From: the human T2T-CHM13v2.0 reference genome, Homo sapiens
Length of the DNA stretch: 64,000 nt
Direction: 5' to 3' (one strand)
Assembly: GCF_009914755.1 (NCBI RefSeq)
Contig: NC_060946.1
The translations under genes and the position numbers were made by a program. The notes under the pieces were generated by a model. It was not told the origin of the DNA, searched no databases, and saw only the letters and a list, made by a program, of their open reading frames with translations. This document shows positions 16,932 through 33,566 of the stretch, piece after piece (positions within the stretch are counted from its first letter, which is position 1; the number at the start of each line of letters is the position of its first letter).

Positions 16932-19900
16932 TCAGCACTTTGGGAGGCTAAGAAGGGAGGATTGCTTGAGCCCAGGAGTTAAAGATCAGGCTAGGCAACA
17001 TAGCAAGATTCTCTTCTTTATTTTCTACAAAAAAAAAAAAAAAAAGAAAGAAATCTGGGTGCTGTGGTGTGTGCCTGTAGTCCTAGCTACCTGGGCGGCT
17101 GAGGCAGGAGGATTGCTTGAGCGCAGGAGATCTAGGCTGCAGGGAGCTATGACTGTGCCACTGCACTCCACCCTAGATGACAGAGTGAGACCCAGGCTCC
17201 CCCCTCCCCCACAAAAAAGAAAGAAAAAATTTGCAAGTTTATATGTACAATTTCAACTACGTGTATAAAATTCTCTATAAGTGTGCATACTTAAAGGAGC
17301 CTCCACTGAAAGGCCGACAGAGTCTCTGTCTGTCATGATCTTGTCCTATTAGCAGTTTGTTTATTAGATGACTCAGATATCAGAAGGTCTGAGACACACG
17401 ACAGGTAAATATGACAGTCCTAAGGGGAGAGGGCAGGGACAGGTGGCAAGTCTGGGACCAGGTGTGGGGCATGGACAAGCCAGTGGTCCGGGAGTGGGGT
17501 GTAGAGAAGACTGTGGTCAAGGTTATGAGGAGGCATGGGAGAGGGCCAGGAAATAACCAGGGACTTCCCTTCCTGCAAGGAGGTTCATGAACCAGCCCTG
17601 CACCCCACTTGTGGAACACAACATCGCCCCACAGTGAGGAGAGAGACCGAGGAGACCAAGGCTGATCCTGATTCAGACATCTTTCCACCAGGTCACCCCT
17701 CATCGATGATACATGCTCAGTCCGGGGGTATCCCCCGCAAGGAAACACTGGGGCTGAGGAGCCCAGAGAGGTCGCCTGACCTGGACTGGGGCTGGGGAGG
17801 TCAGGGAAGTCTCCCTGGAGAAGAGACAGGGTGCCAAATGCCAAAAGACCAGGAAGGGCACCAGGCGAAGATGAGGAGGGAACAGCATGAGCGGAGGCCA
17901 AGAGGCCAAGGTGGGAGCCCAGAGAGGGGTTAGGAGTGTGCAGGCAGAAGGGGCCACCTGGAGGAGTGGGAGCAAGGCCTTGAATGCAAAGTTCAATGAC
18001 TTGTACTTTAGCTTCTGGGCAGTGAGGAACCATACAAAGTTCCACACAGAAGGTCAGGGTCAAGTAAGCGTTTGCCCAAGCTCTTTTCAGAGGTCACATG
18101 GAAGCTAGAATGGAATGGGGTAGGAGACAAAAGGAATGCAGGCATGATATCTGGAGGAACTGTGGACCAGAGCCTTTGCAGATATGTCTTCTCTTCAACC
18201 AAGGAGACGGACAGCTCCATGTCTTTATTCTACCAACACAGCATCCCCTCAGTGGCTCAGCAAGTGTGGGACACGCACTCACAGCAAGAAAAGCTGCATT
18301 AAGGTCTTCAGATTCTCTTTAACAGCAGGTTCTACTGGAGGCAGGTCCTTGGCCTTCAGGACAGCTGGGAGGGCCTCCTGGAAGAGGTCCTCCCGCACTG
18401 CAGCCTCCACGTGTTGGGCACCATGCTGCCACCGTGGGTCCGCTTTCAAAGACTCAGCAGCCAGCACTGATGGGCTAGGGGAAGACAGAGTCAGCGGAGG
18501 GGCTGGGCATAGCCAAGTGTAAGGCAGCATGACCTGCTTTAGGGGTTCTCTGATTGGATTTTCCCTCCTCCACCATGTGTGTGATGGGCTAGGATGTCCC
18601 CCTCCCTGGGGACACTTGGAAGCCTCTTAATATAGCTGCGGTGAGGGGTTTGTAAAGCCCCATTTTATAGATGAGGACACTGAGGCTCAGAAGGAGAAGT
18701 GACTCACACAGGGTCCCACAGCCAGAAAAGACAACATGAGCTGGGATGTCAGCTCCCTTCCCGGATACACCACTGCCCAGCGGGCCACCGCACCCCATGG
18801 CACTCTCATGCCTCAGCTCCGTGATTGCCACCAAGCCAGCCACAGAGATACGGGGCCCAGTAAGGAAGGCCTGGTCCCGCAGGAACTTGTCCTCGAGCAG
18901 CTGCAGGCATCCGTCCAGCTCAGCCAAAGTGGCCGCCAACATCTCGGGTGGCACTGACTCGCCCAGGAACACAGGGATTATTATCTGGTGGGCCGACAGG
19001 CAGAGAGAGGGGTCAGGGTCTGCCCAAAGCCCATCCTGGTTCCCACCATCATCCTATCATCACCAGTCCTTGGGATTTCTGCTCACCTCTGCTCACTTCT
19101 TTCCACTCATAGCCACCAGTAGCTCTCATCTCCTACTCAAACAGGGACAGCCTCCCCCTTCTCCCTGGGTCCTCACACAAGGCAACCAGTGGGATCCTTC
19201 TGTAATCTCAATCTGCCCGTACCCTCTCTTGCATAAAGCCTTCCATGGCTCCCCACTGCCCTCATGAGAAAGGCCTCAACACAAAGCCAGCCTTCTCCAG
19301 TGCGGTAGCCATCCCCTCCCCACTTTTCACCTCACCTCCTACTACCCCCCACTTATCAAACGGGAATGTGTGTATGAATCCTCCCTGGAATCTGGTTACA
19401 GTTTATGCTCCCAATCAGTAAGGTCAGAGTGGGGCCTGAGCCTCTGCATTTCCAACAAGCTCCCTGGTGATGCTGATACTCCCAGTCCATTGACCACACT
19501 TTGGATAGGAAGAGTCTACACTTGCTCTACTCAACTTCTCTCCATTCTGTCCTCAAACACACCACGCTTCCTTCCCCACCAGCTGGAGGGGGCTCTGCTC
19601 CCAGGCCCCAGAGGTCAAGGCAGACACAGTTAAGGTGTGGAAACCTCCTTATTGCCCGATGGATCCTCCAGAGAGGTGGTCCCTTACTTTCAGCAGGGCG
19701 CGTGTCTACCTGTTTCATGCTGTCTCACACACAGGGTGCCACCCCTGTGCTGGGCACTGGGTAAGTGCTCTGTACATATTAATTAGGAGTACTCATTTCA
19801 AAAATATGTGTGCCTTTGATAAATAAAAACAGTATGTGCATGTTGTGTTGGTGTGTGCTTCCTTGATTATTACTGAAGTTAAACATGTTTTCATCCATGT

Positions 19901-20075
19901 ATTGACCATTTCTCTTTGTCCTTCAATGAAACCTCTGCTGATTTCCTTCGCTCATTTTTTTCCTGTGTCTTCGTCTGATGAGTTTCTCTTCTTTTTGTTT
20001 GTTCGTTTGTTTGTTTTGAGACAGTCTCGCTCAGTGGCCCGGCTGGAGTGCAGTGGTATGATCTCAGCTCACTGA

Positions 20076-20282
<207 letters not shown>

Positions 20283-20502
20283 TGATGGGTTTCTAAGAAC
20301 ATCTTAAAGGACATTACTTCCTTCTGACGTATCTTTTACCGAGATCCTTCCCAGTTTTTTGCTTAAGGTTAATCCATTTTTTCCTCCACAAAGTAACCTT
20401 GTATATGTATTGGTTTTTTCTTTGTTGAGTTCTCCCACTGTTCTGAGGCTTAGAAAGTCCTTTCATACCCAGACATCAGAGAAACAGATCCCGTGAGAGT
20501 AA

Positions 20503-21237
20503 CTGGGATTGCAGGTGTGGGCCAGCATGCCCTGTTATCACTCCCTTTCTCTGAGTCAGCTTTTCTCTCTCAGTCTCGTCTACTCCTCGAACTCAGGAAA
20601 TGTCACTACAGGTGGCCCCAGCTCCCGTTTACCTCCCCATAGGGAGCTCCTCTCTCCAGTTCCAGTTTCAAAACTCCCAAGGAAGCATTCTGGTTCACTC
20701 GCTTGGGCCACTGGCCAGAGGGATGGGATACTCTGAAAGATTCAGCTAGAGTCCCGGGCCCAGCCCTGGACCATCACTGTGCCCCCTGGTGAGATGCCAG
20801 GGCTGGGATTCAGGGAGAAGAAAGGAGGTTCCCGGACAGTCATTCCTGCCTCCCGCGGCTGCGGGCTCCCTGCCCCCATCCTGTGCACGAAGTGGGAGCT
20901 CCCGCTGTCTGGCAGCTCCCGCTGTCTGGCAGCAGCTGCTCTGCAGGGGACAGTCTGGACGGCAGAAAGTTCATCCTTGACCCCAGCCTTCCAGTCAAGG
21001 TTCCCACCAGTTTGGGACACCTGCAAGTGTCACATCCCACTGGGTGAAACTCTAAGATCCCTTTTAGAGGATCCCATTCGCTCCCTCCCTTCCGCCACCA
21101 TGCAGCGCCGAGAAACAGAGCTCTGAACGAACCCTCAGATGTCCGTGCGCTGGGGCCTTTCCAGGACGGCGGCGCCCAGTCGTTTCTGGGTCAGGGCGAC
21201 GCCTGGAACTGGGCAGGGTCCCTGGCACCGGGATCCC
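20503..21237. repeat. GSTT2 upstream region, duplicated at 52407-53161
   Basis: Direct high-identity match over ~740 bp. Confidence 0.93.
20897..20930. repeat. 17-bp perfect tandem duplication in the GSTT2 promoter
   Basis: AGCTCCCGCTGTCTGGC x2; the paralog has a single unit at 52839-52855. Confidence 0.95.
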
Positions 21238-21604
21238 GAAAAGCAGACCTGCTTCTCCCTGTCCAGCCGGTTCCCCTTCCCCTTGCAGTCGGCCCCCTGC
21301 ATCCGCGTCCTCCCTGCCAGTCGAGGGTCCCCAGCTCCAACTCCACCCTCCCAGCTGTGCGTTCATAGCGACCGCCCTCCCTGTAGGGACGCACGGATCT
21401 GGTGGTGGAGTCTTGGCCGGCAGGACTGGACAGGAACCGAAGGGGCGAGGCGGGTCCGGGGGTGGTGCGCTCCAATTGGGTGCTGTCCCCAGGGGGTGGG
21501 GCCTGATCCCCTATTTCCCGGCGCGCCGGGATCCTGCCACAGCTGCTGCCCACACCGCGCTCAGCGCCTTCACTGCCATCCCCGCTGTCCTTGCCGCCCC
21601 CGCC

Positions 21605-25013
<3,409 letters not shown>

Positions 25014-26109
25014 AGGGTCTGGGATGGGGGCCAGGAGATTAGCAACAAGGATTCATTCTGTTACTTACTTGCCCCTTTTTATCTTTCCCTCTTGCCCCAG
25101 TCCCTTCTCTCCAGCTTCATGTGAAGCTCTGCACAGACAAGACACTCAGTGTCCTTGGCAGTGCTTCTACTCCTCAGGTGCAGCATACATAACCAGTAAG
25201 AGACTAAATCTGCAATATATAAAGAGCTCCTACAAATCAGTAACATGAAGAACACTCAAAAATTGGCAAATGTCATCAGTGTTTTAAACAGAATAAAGAT
25301 TCCAAACACTTTGAATAGAGAACCAAGAGTTATTGGTTTTACTACATTGTTGTGTTATACATATGGAGTAAAAGTATGTGCTAGTAATCCTCATCATGGT
25401 TAATAACAAAGTAACCTCACAATAACGAGTCAACATAATTGTATCACCAGGGCAACAAAATGTTAAGTAAGTAACCAATTCGAATTGCAAACTGTTAAAG
25501 GATATAGGCGATGTTTCACGGGGCATAGCAACGGTCTTTGAAGTCTAGGAAACTTAAAAGATTTCTTTTAACAAGCATTCATGTCTTCTAGGACAGTTTT
25601 GTAATAACTGCAAATAGTAAGATTATACATTGTCACACAGACCTCCATGTATATCCATGGGATGGACCCCACCACAATGATTTTAACGGAGAGAACTTGA
25701 TATAAAGAATTGGTAACCAGGCATTAGAGAACTCCGAAGACAGAGAGAATCCAGATTAACACGGAGGTAAACACTACAAGAAGCTACCACCCCTAGGGCT
25801 GGGGGATCAAGGGAGGAATTAGGAAGACCAAGATGCTGGAGGGGCCCTGAGGAATTCAAACCTCCAAGAAAGGTGTTGCTCATCCCCCCTAGTATCACCT
25901 TCCAAGAAGGGCAGGTTTCCCCAGTTTGCCCTGAGGTCTTCACAGGAGGTCATGTGGCTGTGGATGCAGTTCTCAAATGTGACAGTAGATGTCACTGCCG
26001 ACCAATAAACAGGATGTTCCAGACACACTCTGGGCTACCTGCCCACATGTCTTGTGGCCTTACGGCCCCCCATTTCCCAAGCCTGCCCTGTGCCCATCAT
26101 GTGCCACTC

Positions 26110-27181
26110 TATCGGGGGACCTGCCCCAATAATCACGTAGGTTCTTTCCTATTTTTCCTAACCGTCAGCCGGCTTGAGAAATAAAGGGAGAGAGTACAAA
26201 AGAGAGAAATTGTAAAGCTGGGCATCCGGGGGAGACGTCACACGTTGGTAGGATCCGTGATGCCCCACAAGCCACAAAAACCAGCAAGTTTTTATTAGGG
26301 ATTTTCAAAAGGGGAGGGAGTGTGCGAACAGGTGTGAGTGACAGACATCAAGTACTTAAGAGGGTAATAGAATATCACAAGGCAAGTGGAGGCAGGGCAA
26401 GATCACAGGACCACAGGACCGAGGCAAAATTAAAATTGCTAATGAAGTTTCGGGCACCATTGTCATTGATAACATCTTATCAGGAGACAGGGTTTTGAGA
26501 CCAACTGGTCTGACCAAAATTTATTAGGTGGGAATTTCCTCTTCCTAATAAGCCTGGGAGTGCTATGGGAGACTGGAGTATATTTCATCTCTGCAGTTTC
26601 GACCATAAGAGACAGGCCACGCCCAGGGGGGCTGTTTATAAGCTGATACCTCCTGGTGCGTATTCTCTTTCTCAGGGACGTTCCATGCTGAGAAAAAGAA
26701 TTCAGCGATATTTCTCCTATTTGCTTTTGAAAGAAGAGAACTATGGCTCTGTTCCGCCTGGCTCACCAGCAGTCAGAGTTTAAGGTTATCTCTCTTATTC
26801 CCTGAACAATTGCTGTTATCCTGTTCTTTTTTCAAGGTGCCCACATTTCATATTGCTCAAACACACATCCTGTACAATGTGTGCAGTTAATGCAATTATT
26901 ACAGGGTCCTGAGGCCATATACATCCTCCTTGGTTGACAGGATTAAGAGATTAAAGTAAAGACAGGCATAGGAAATCACAACGGTATTGATTGGGGAAGT
27001 GATAAGTGTCCATGAAATCTTTACAATTTATGTTTAGAGATTGCAGTAAAGACAGGCATAAGAAATTATAAAAGTATTAATTTGGGGAACTAATAAATGT
27101 CCATAAAATCTTCACAATCCACGTTTTTCTGTCATGGCTTCAGCCGGTCCCTCTGTTTGGGGTCCCTGACTTCCCGCAACA
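26110..27181 (-). mobile_element. Solo MER11 LTR (HERV-K11 / HML-8)
   Basis: Minus strand begins TGTTGCGGGAAGTCAGGGACCCC and ends CCCCCGATA; 6-bp TSD CCACTC at 26104-26109 and 27182-27187. Confidence 0.9.
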
Positions 27182-27399
27182 CCACTCCTAGCCGGAAGTA
27201 TTCCAAGTAACCATTGCAACTGTCCTGCCTTAAGGGTGCCTGGTGGTGGCTTCTGTCTTAGGTCCCATTCTGGCTCTCTCTTCCAGTGATTTCTCATACT
27301 TTGGGGGACACTCTGGCCTGCTTTCCTGGGCCTTTTCCATTACCACCCCCTCTCCCCATCAGGCACTGGGGATGGCGGCCACAGCCTGTGCCTTCTTGA

Positions 27400-28499
27400 T
27401 CCATGCTGGCTGCCTTGGGATTGTTCCTTATTGGATGGTTTTGCTTTCAACAGACACTCCAATAAAGTACACGAAATAAAGAATAAAGTTAAACAGTCAG
27501 TCCTAGTGCTGTGTAGGTGGCAGTAAGTCTGGGAGAGCGACCTCAGCTGAACTAACCATGCTGTGCATCATTGTCAAGCGGGACCAGCAGGATCCTCAGG
27601 TCACCTGGCAGCAGGGGCAGGGAAGGGTCCCTAGAGGTGATCTTGAGTTGCACTTAGTGCTCTTGGCAGAGGGAAGGGCTCGGGCTAGCGCTGGAGGCAT
27701 GAAGATGGGGTGTGTTCAGGGCTCTCCAGCAGTCCAGGCATGGGAAGGGGACGCTGAGGGCCAAAGGCTGAGGTGACACTGGGAAAGGAACTGTAGGAAG
27801 GTAAGGACTGGCTTTCGGCCATGTGACTGAATTGCCTGTGTGTGGTGTGTGTGTATGTGTGCGAATGTCAGTGAACTGTGTGTGTGAACGTGAGTGAATT
27901 GTGTGACTGTGTTTATGTGTGGGTGTATATGTGTGTGATGTGAGTGAACTGTGTGTATGTGGGTGTATATGTGTGTGATGTGAGTGAACTGTGTGTATGT
28001 AGGTGTATATGTGTGTGAATTTGAATGGCGTGTAAATGTGACTGAGCAGTGTGAATTTGTGTATGTGGGTGTATGTGTGTGAATGAGTGAACTGTGTGAT
28101 TTTGTTGGTGTGAATTGTGTGCCTGTGTGTGTGAGGTGTATGTGTGTGTGTGGGAGTGAACTGTGTGATGACTTTGTATTAATGTCAGTGAATGGTGTGG
28201 TTGTGTATGTGGGTGTATATGTGTGTGTATGTATGTGAATTGTGTGTGGGGTTGGTGTGTATGTGTGTCAATGTGAGTGAGTTGTGTGACTTTGTTGAAT
28301 ATGAGTGAGTTGTGTGATTGTGTGGGTGTATATGTGTGTATAGGAGTTAACTGTGTGACTGTGTGTAAATGTTATGATTGTGTGTGTGGGTGTATATGTG
28401 TGAATGTGATACATCGTGTGACTGTGGGTGGACGTGGGTAGATGTGTGTGTGAGTGTGGCTGTGTGTCGAACAGTGTGTGAGTGTAAGTGTGCAGGTGG
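27400..28499. repeat. Direct duplication, copy 2 (partner 11207-12164), with a longer TG-rich array
   Basis: Near-identical unique part; the TG-rich array at ~27820-28499 is longer than in copy 1. Confidence 0.92.
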
Positions 28500-31400
28500 T
28501 AGCTGTGGAATTAAGGCACATTAGGGGAATCCTTCCTTGGCTCTGGTCCTTGGTTTCCCTCCTATGAAACAAGTTGGGTGAATTAGGCAGTCTCTGGCAT
28601 TCCAGGATTTGGTCTCAGGTTTAAACAGGATTTTGTAAAGTGAAAGCAGCATCCCTTGGGCATCCCGGGAGGTGTCCCTGCCCTCCATGGCTCACCGTCT
28701 GCCACATGGCCCAGCAGCAGCTACTCTGCAGGGCCATGTGCTGCCATCACAGGTACTGATCCCCATGGGCACGGGCCTGCAGGTCCTGGAGGTACCAGTG
28801 GTCAGGTGCTTTGTACATGCAGCTCATATAGAGCAAGCTAGCCACACTGGGGGGACATGGCAGGGGTAGAAGACATGCCCTGAACACTCTTCAGCCGTTT
28901 TCTGGGGCATTTTCACTATCCCCATGATGCAGAGGAGGGATGTGAGGCTCAGAGAGGTTAGGTAACTACCCAGGGTCACACAGCCCTACACGGGGCCAGA
29001 CTGTCATCTCAACTAAGGGCAGCAAGGAAGAAACAAAATGTCATGAACTTCAGCAGGGGCTCAGGGAAGGCTTCCAGGAGGAAGGGGCACCCAGTGTGAG
29101 TCTGAAGAACGAGAGCAAGTTGGATATCTCCCCAACATATCCAAAGCGTGGACAGGGCCAGGAGCAAGGCCAGCAGGGACAGAGCCTTCCAGGTGACATG
29201 GCAGCATTGCTTCCCACCCTGTCCCAACTCCCGTTCACCTATGGTGAAGGGTTGTGCAGTCTGACCCTCAGAGCTCATCATGCCTTTATGGGTGTTGGAC
29301 CATCCAGTGATCCCAGGCTCTGAATGTGAATCCAGCTCCACCAAGGAGGCACTATGTGGCCTCGGTAAAGGACGCCACCATGCGGCCACCAACCTGGAGG
29401 CTGGTTTTGGCTTTCATTTTTCCCACCCACCTCCAACCCTTCAGCAAACCCTGCAGTTAGATTTCAATAAAAGTCAGAACTGACCACAATCCCCCACAAC
29501 CCTGCACCACCACCACCTTGGTCTGGGGCTCCAGCGCTGCATGCCAGATGACTGCAGTGGCTTTCTCACCCCTGCCAGGGGGATCCTTTACGACGTAAGT
29601 CAGATCACAGTTCTCCTCTGCTCAAAACTCTCCAACGACTCAATCCACCTGCGGTAAGAGCCAAAGCCTTCCCAGTGTCCCATGCTCCCCTCTGTCGTGA
29701 CCTCCCGCTCTTCCTGCTCACTGCACCCACCCTGGCCCGTTGCTCTCCAGTCTGAACCCCATGCATTGTCCCACCTGGAGCCTTCGCCCTCACTCTTCCC
29801 TCCAGTGAGAACACCCTTCCCCTCATGCCTTGCACATTCCTACAGCTCTCTGCTCAGATGCCACCTCCTTCAGGGAGTCTTCCCTCAGCATCCTACTCAT
29901 AATGACACACACCCCCACTCTTACCCTGTTTATTTTTTCCATGGCATCCATCAACATCCGATATGTTCCATGTTTACATGGGTTACTGTCAGCTCCCCCT
30001 TCTATTAATGGAATGTGAGCTCCATGAGGAGAAGGACGCAGACACGTTCACTGCTCAAGCCCCAGGGCTTAAATGGGGTCTGGCCCTGGTGGATGTTTAG
30101 CAAATAGCCACTGAAGCTCGCTGAGTGGTCCCTCGACTCTCCAGGGAAACAGCACTTGCCCCACAGGATTTGTGGGCAAAATGGTAGCACTAAGATGCCT
30201 GGTACAGCCGCTCCTCGAAACTTAGCACTCTCCTTTTTTTGGAGGGGAAGGCTGGCGGTGAGGAGGCCCGGAAGCAGACTGGGCCCTGTGGCCTTGTGCA
30301 AGTCCCTCCCCTCCTCCAGCCTCAGTTTCCTCACTTGTACAATGCAGGAGGGGACTTCTATAACCCTTGTCAACACTGGGCACCTCTGCCTGCCTCCACC
30401 CATTCTTCAACCTGGGGCTGGTGCAGGGCCCACAGTCCATGATCCAAGCCATCAACAGTGAACAGACAGCCGACTGGCCCCACAAGGCCCGGCAGCAGCC
30501 CACGGACCGGTTACCTCTCAGCCAAGGTGAAGTCCCCATCCTTCAAGGCCCGGCACCTTCCTCAGGGGGTTCACCTGGGCAAAGGCATCGCTGTGCTGCT
30601 GGCCTGCAGGAAAGATCAGAGAGGTGAGTGGGGATAACCCAGAGTTCTCTGAGGTCTCTGCCCACCCCCACCCCAAAATCCCAGCAGCAGCTTTCTGAGG
30701 CCCCTATCTGGGAGGTATCAGGGAAGAGGAAGCCTCTCTGCTAGTCACTGGGTCACAGACCTTGACCCCATCAGAGGGCCATCTTTCCTGTGTCCAGCTC
30801 CTTGAAGCATGGCTCAAGGACAATTCCCTGGAGCTGTAATTCACACCCCACCCCCAGCCAGTTCCATCCATAGGTCAGACCCCTCCAGCCTCCTCCCTGG
30901 GCTCTAGGCTTGCCCCCTCTGATTCAGCTTCCTATCCCAGCTGGGGCCTTAGGCCCTACTGGCCAGGCTGGGTGACCTGTCAATACCCCAGAGTCCCAGC
31001 CAAACATGTTCCCAACCCTCAGACCAACCTCATTCTTGCTGGGAATCCCTGCCCCATTCAGCTACTTAGCCTCCGGTGGCTCAGCTCTTCTTGCTTTCTT
31101 ATGCCAAACTCTCAAGGCTCCCTCCCCAGTGGGGGTTCCCAGGTCTGACTCACTTTAGCACTCTAGGCCAGTGCTAGAGGCCGCATTAGGTGCCTGGTGT
31201 TTGGATCAGAGGACCTCAGTCAAGCCAGGCTCCAGTCTGATCATAGGCCTACATGTGGGCCTCTTTGCCCTTCTACTGAATGGACATACACACCCCTGCC
31301 CATTCTCCCTCCACAGACTGCTTCTGTGTCCAGCCCCTGTTCTGTAGCAGGTGACTCAAGCTGGTTGTACCAAGGGCAGCAGTTGGGAAGAGTCAGCTGA

Positions 31401-32341
31401 GCAGGGTCCTCCCTCTGGCCTGCCCAGGGGGCTCTGGCTCTGCTCTCTGCCCTACTGCTTAGTTATAGCCCTGCCTCCTCCACTGAATTGTGCTCCAGCT
31501 GCATCTCTGTATGCCAGCCAGACCAGCAAACGCTGGAGCTCAGGGTGAGGGTGCTGGCCTCCCCCACTGCCCTGCCACAGGGCCCTCCAGCCTCTAGCCT
31601 CTAGGAGTAGCCCCTTCAGCTGGGTGAGAAGCCCCATGGGATAGAGCAAGTCAGATGCAGGAAAAAGAAAAGGCAGAAGAATGCCAAGAAATACATAAAA
31701 GTGGAAGAGACCCAGGGCCAGACATGGTGGTGCATGTCTGTGATCTCAACACTTTAGAAGGAGGAGGCAGGAGGATCACTTGAGCTCAGGAGTTCAAGGT
31801 CAGCCTGGTCTACATGGCAAAATCATGCGTCTACACACACCAAAGAAAAAAGTAGCTGGGCACGGGGACGTGCCTGTAGTCCCAACTATTCTACTTAGGA
31901 GGAGTAAGTTGGGAGGATCACTTGATCCTGAGAGGTCAAGGCTGCAGTGAGCCGGGATCATGCCATTGCCCTCTAGCCTGGGCTGCAGATTGAGACACTG
32001 TAATAAATAAATAAATAAATAAATAAACAAATAATACAAAAGTGGAAGAGACACAGGCAGGGGTAGACAGGGACTATTTTACTTAGGAAACAACGAGGCA
32101 GTTTCATTGTTTTTTCCAAGCACATGGGGTGAAGATATTCTTGCCCCACTCCATTTCCCTACCCTCGTTCTGTGCCTGCTGTGCCCTCTCTAAACCTGTA
32201 TTTTGAAGAATGTTTTGTATTCACAAGCAAAGATCAAGCCTCTATTAAAATAGACAACCAGTGGGGCATGGCGGCTCATGCTTGTAATCCCAACACTTTG
32301 GGAGGCCAAGGCAAGAGGATCACTTGAGCCCAGGAGTTCTA

Positions 32342-32709
<368 letters not shown>

Positions 32710-33140
32710 TCAGCTCCACTTTGCGAAGCTCGAAGGGGATGCCATTCTTGGCGAAGATGTAGACTGAACGGCAGGGCTGGGACAGCAGACCCATGGCGGG
32801 GGCAATGGGGTGGGGCGTGGGAGGGCAGACCTAAACCCAGGGGACGGGCCCTGGGGACAAACCCGGGGACAGGCCCGGGAACAGGAACTGCGGGCAGGAA
32901 TGGCTGGTTGGGGGCGGCGGACAGGAACGGCTGGGGGTAGGTGAGGGTTGGGCAGGAACTGCTGGGTCACCCAGCCTGCAGCGGTGCACCTCACCAGGAG
33001 CCCCGAGTCCGGCCACGCCCTCTTCACTCATCCCTTGGATCCTAGAACTTTGGGTCAATCAGTGGCGTGTCTGCTCTCTCACCACCCCTTTCTGGGAATC
33101 TAGGCTGCAGGTATATTTCCCACTAAAAGGGAAGAGGAGA

Positions 33141-33566
<426 letters not shown>

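Noticed and set aside
19527-19718. Possible extra GST-like exon (RPAESKGPPLWRIHRAIRRFP)
   Set aside because: No convincing match to a theta exon, and all five exons of the surrounding pseudogene are already accounted for.
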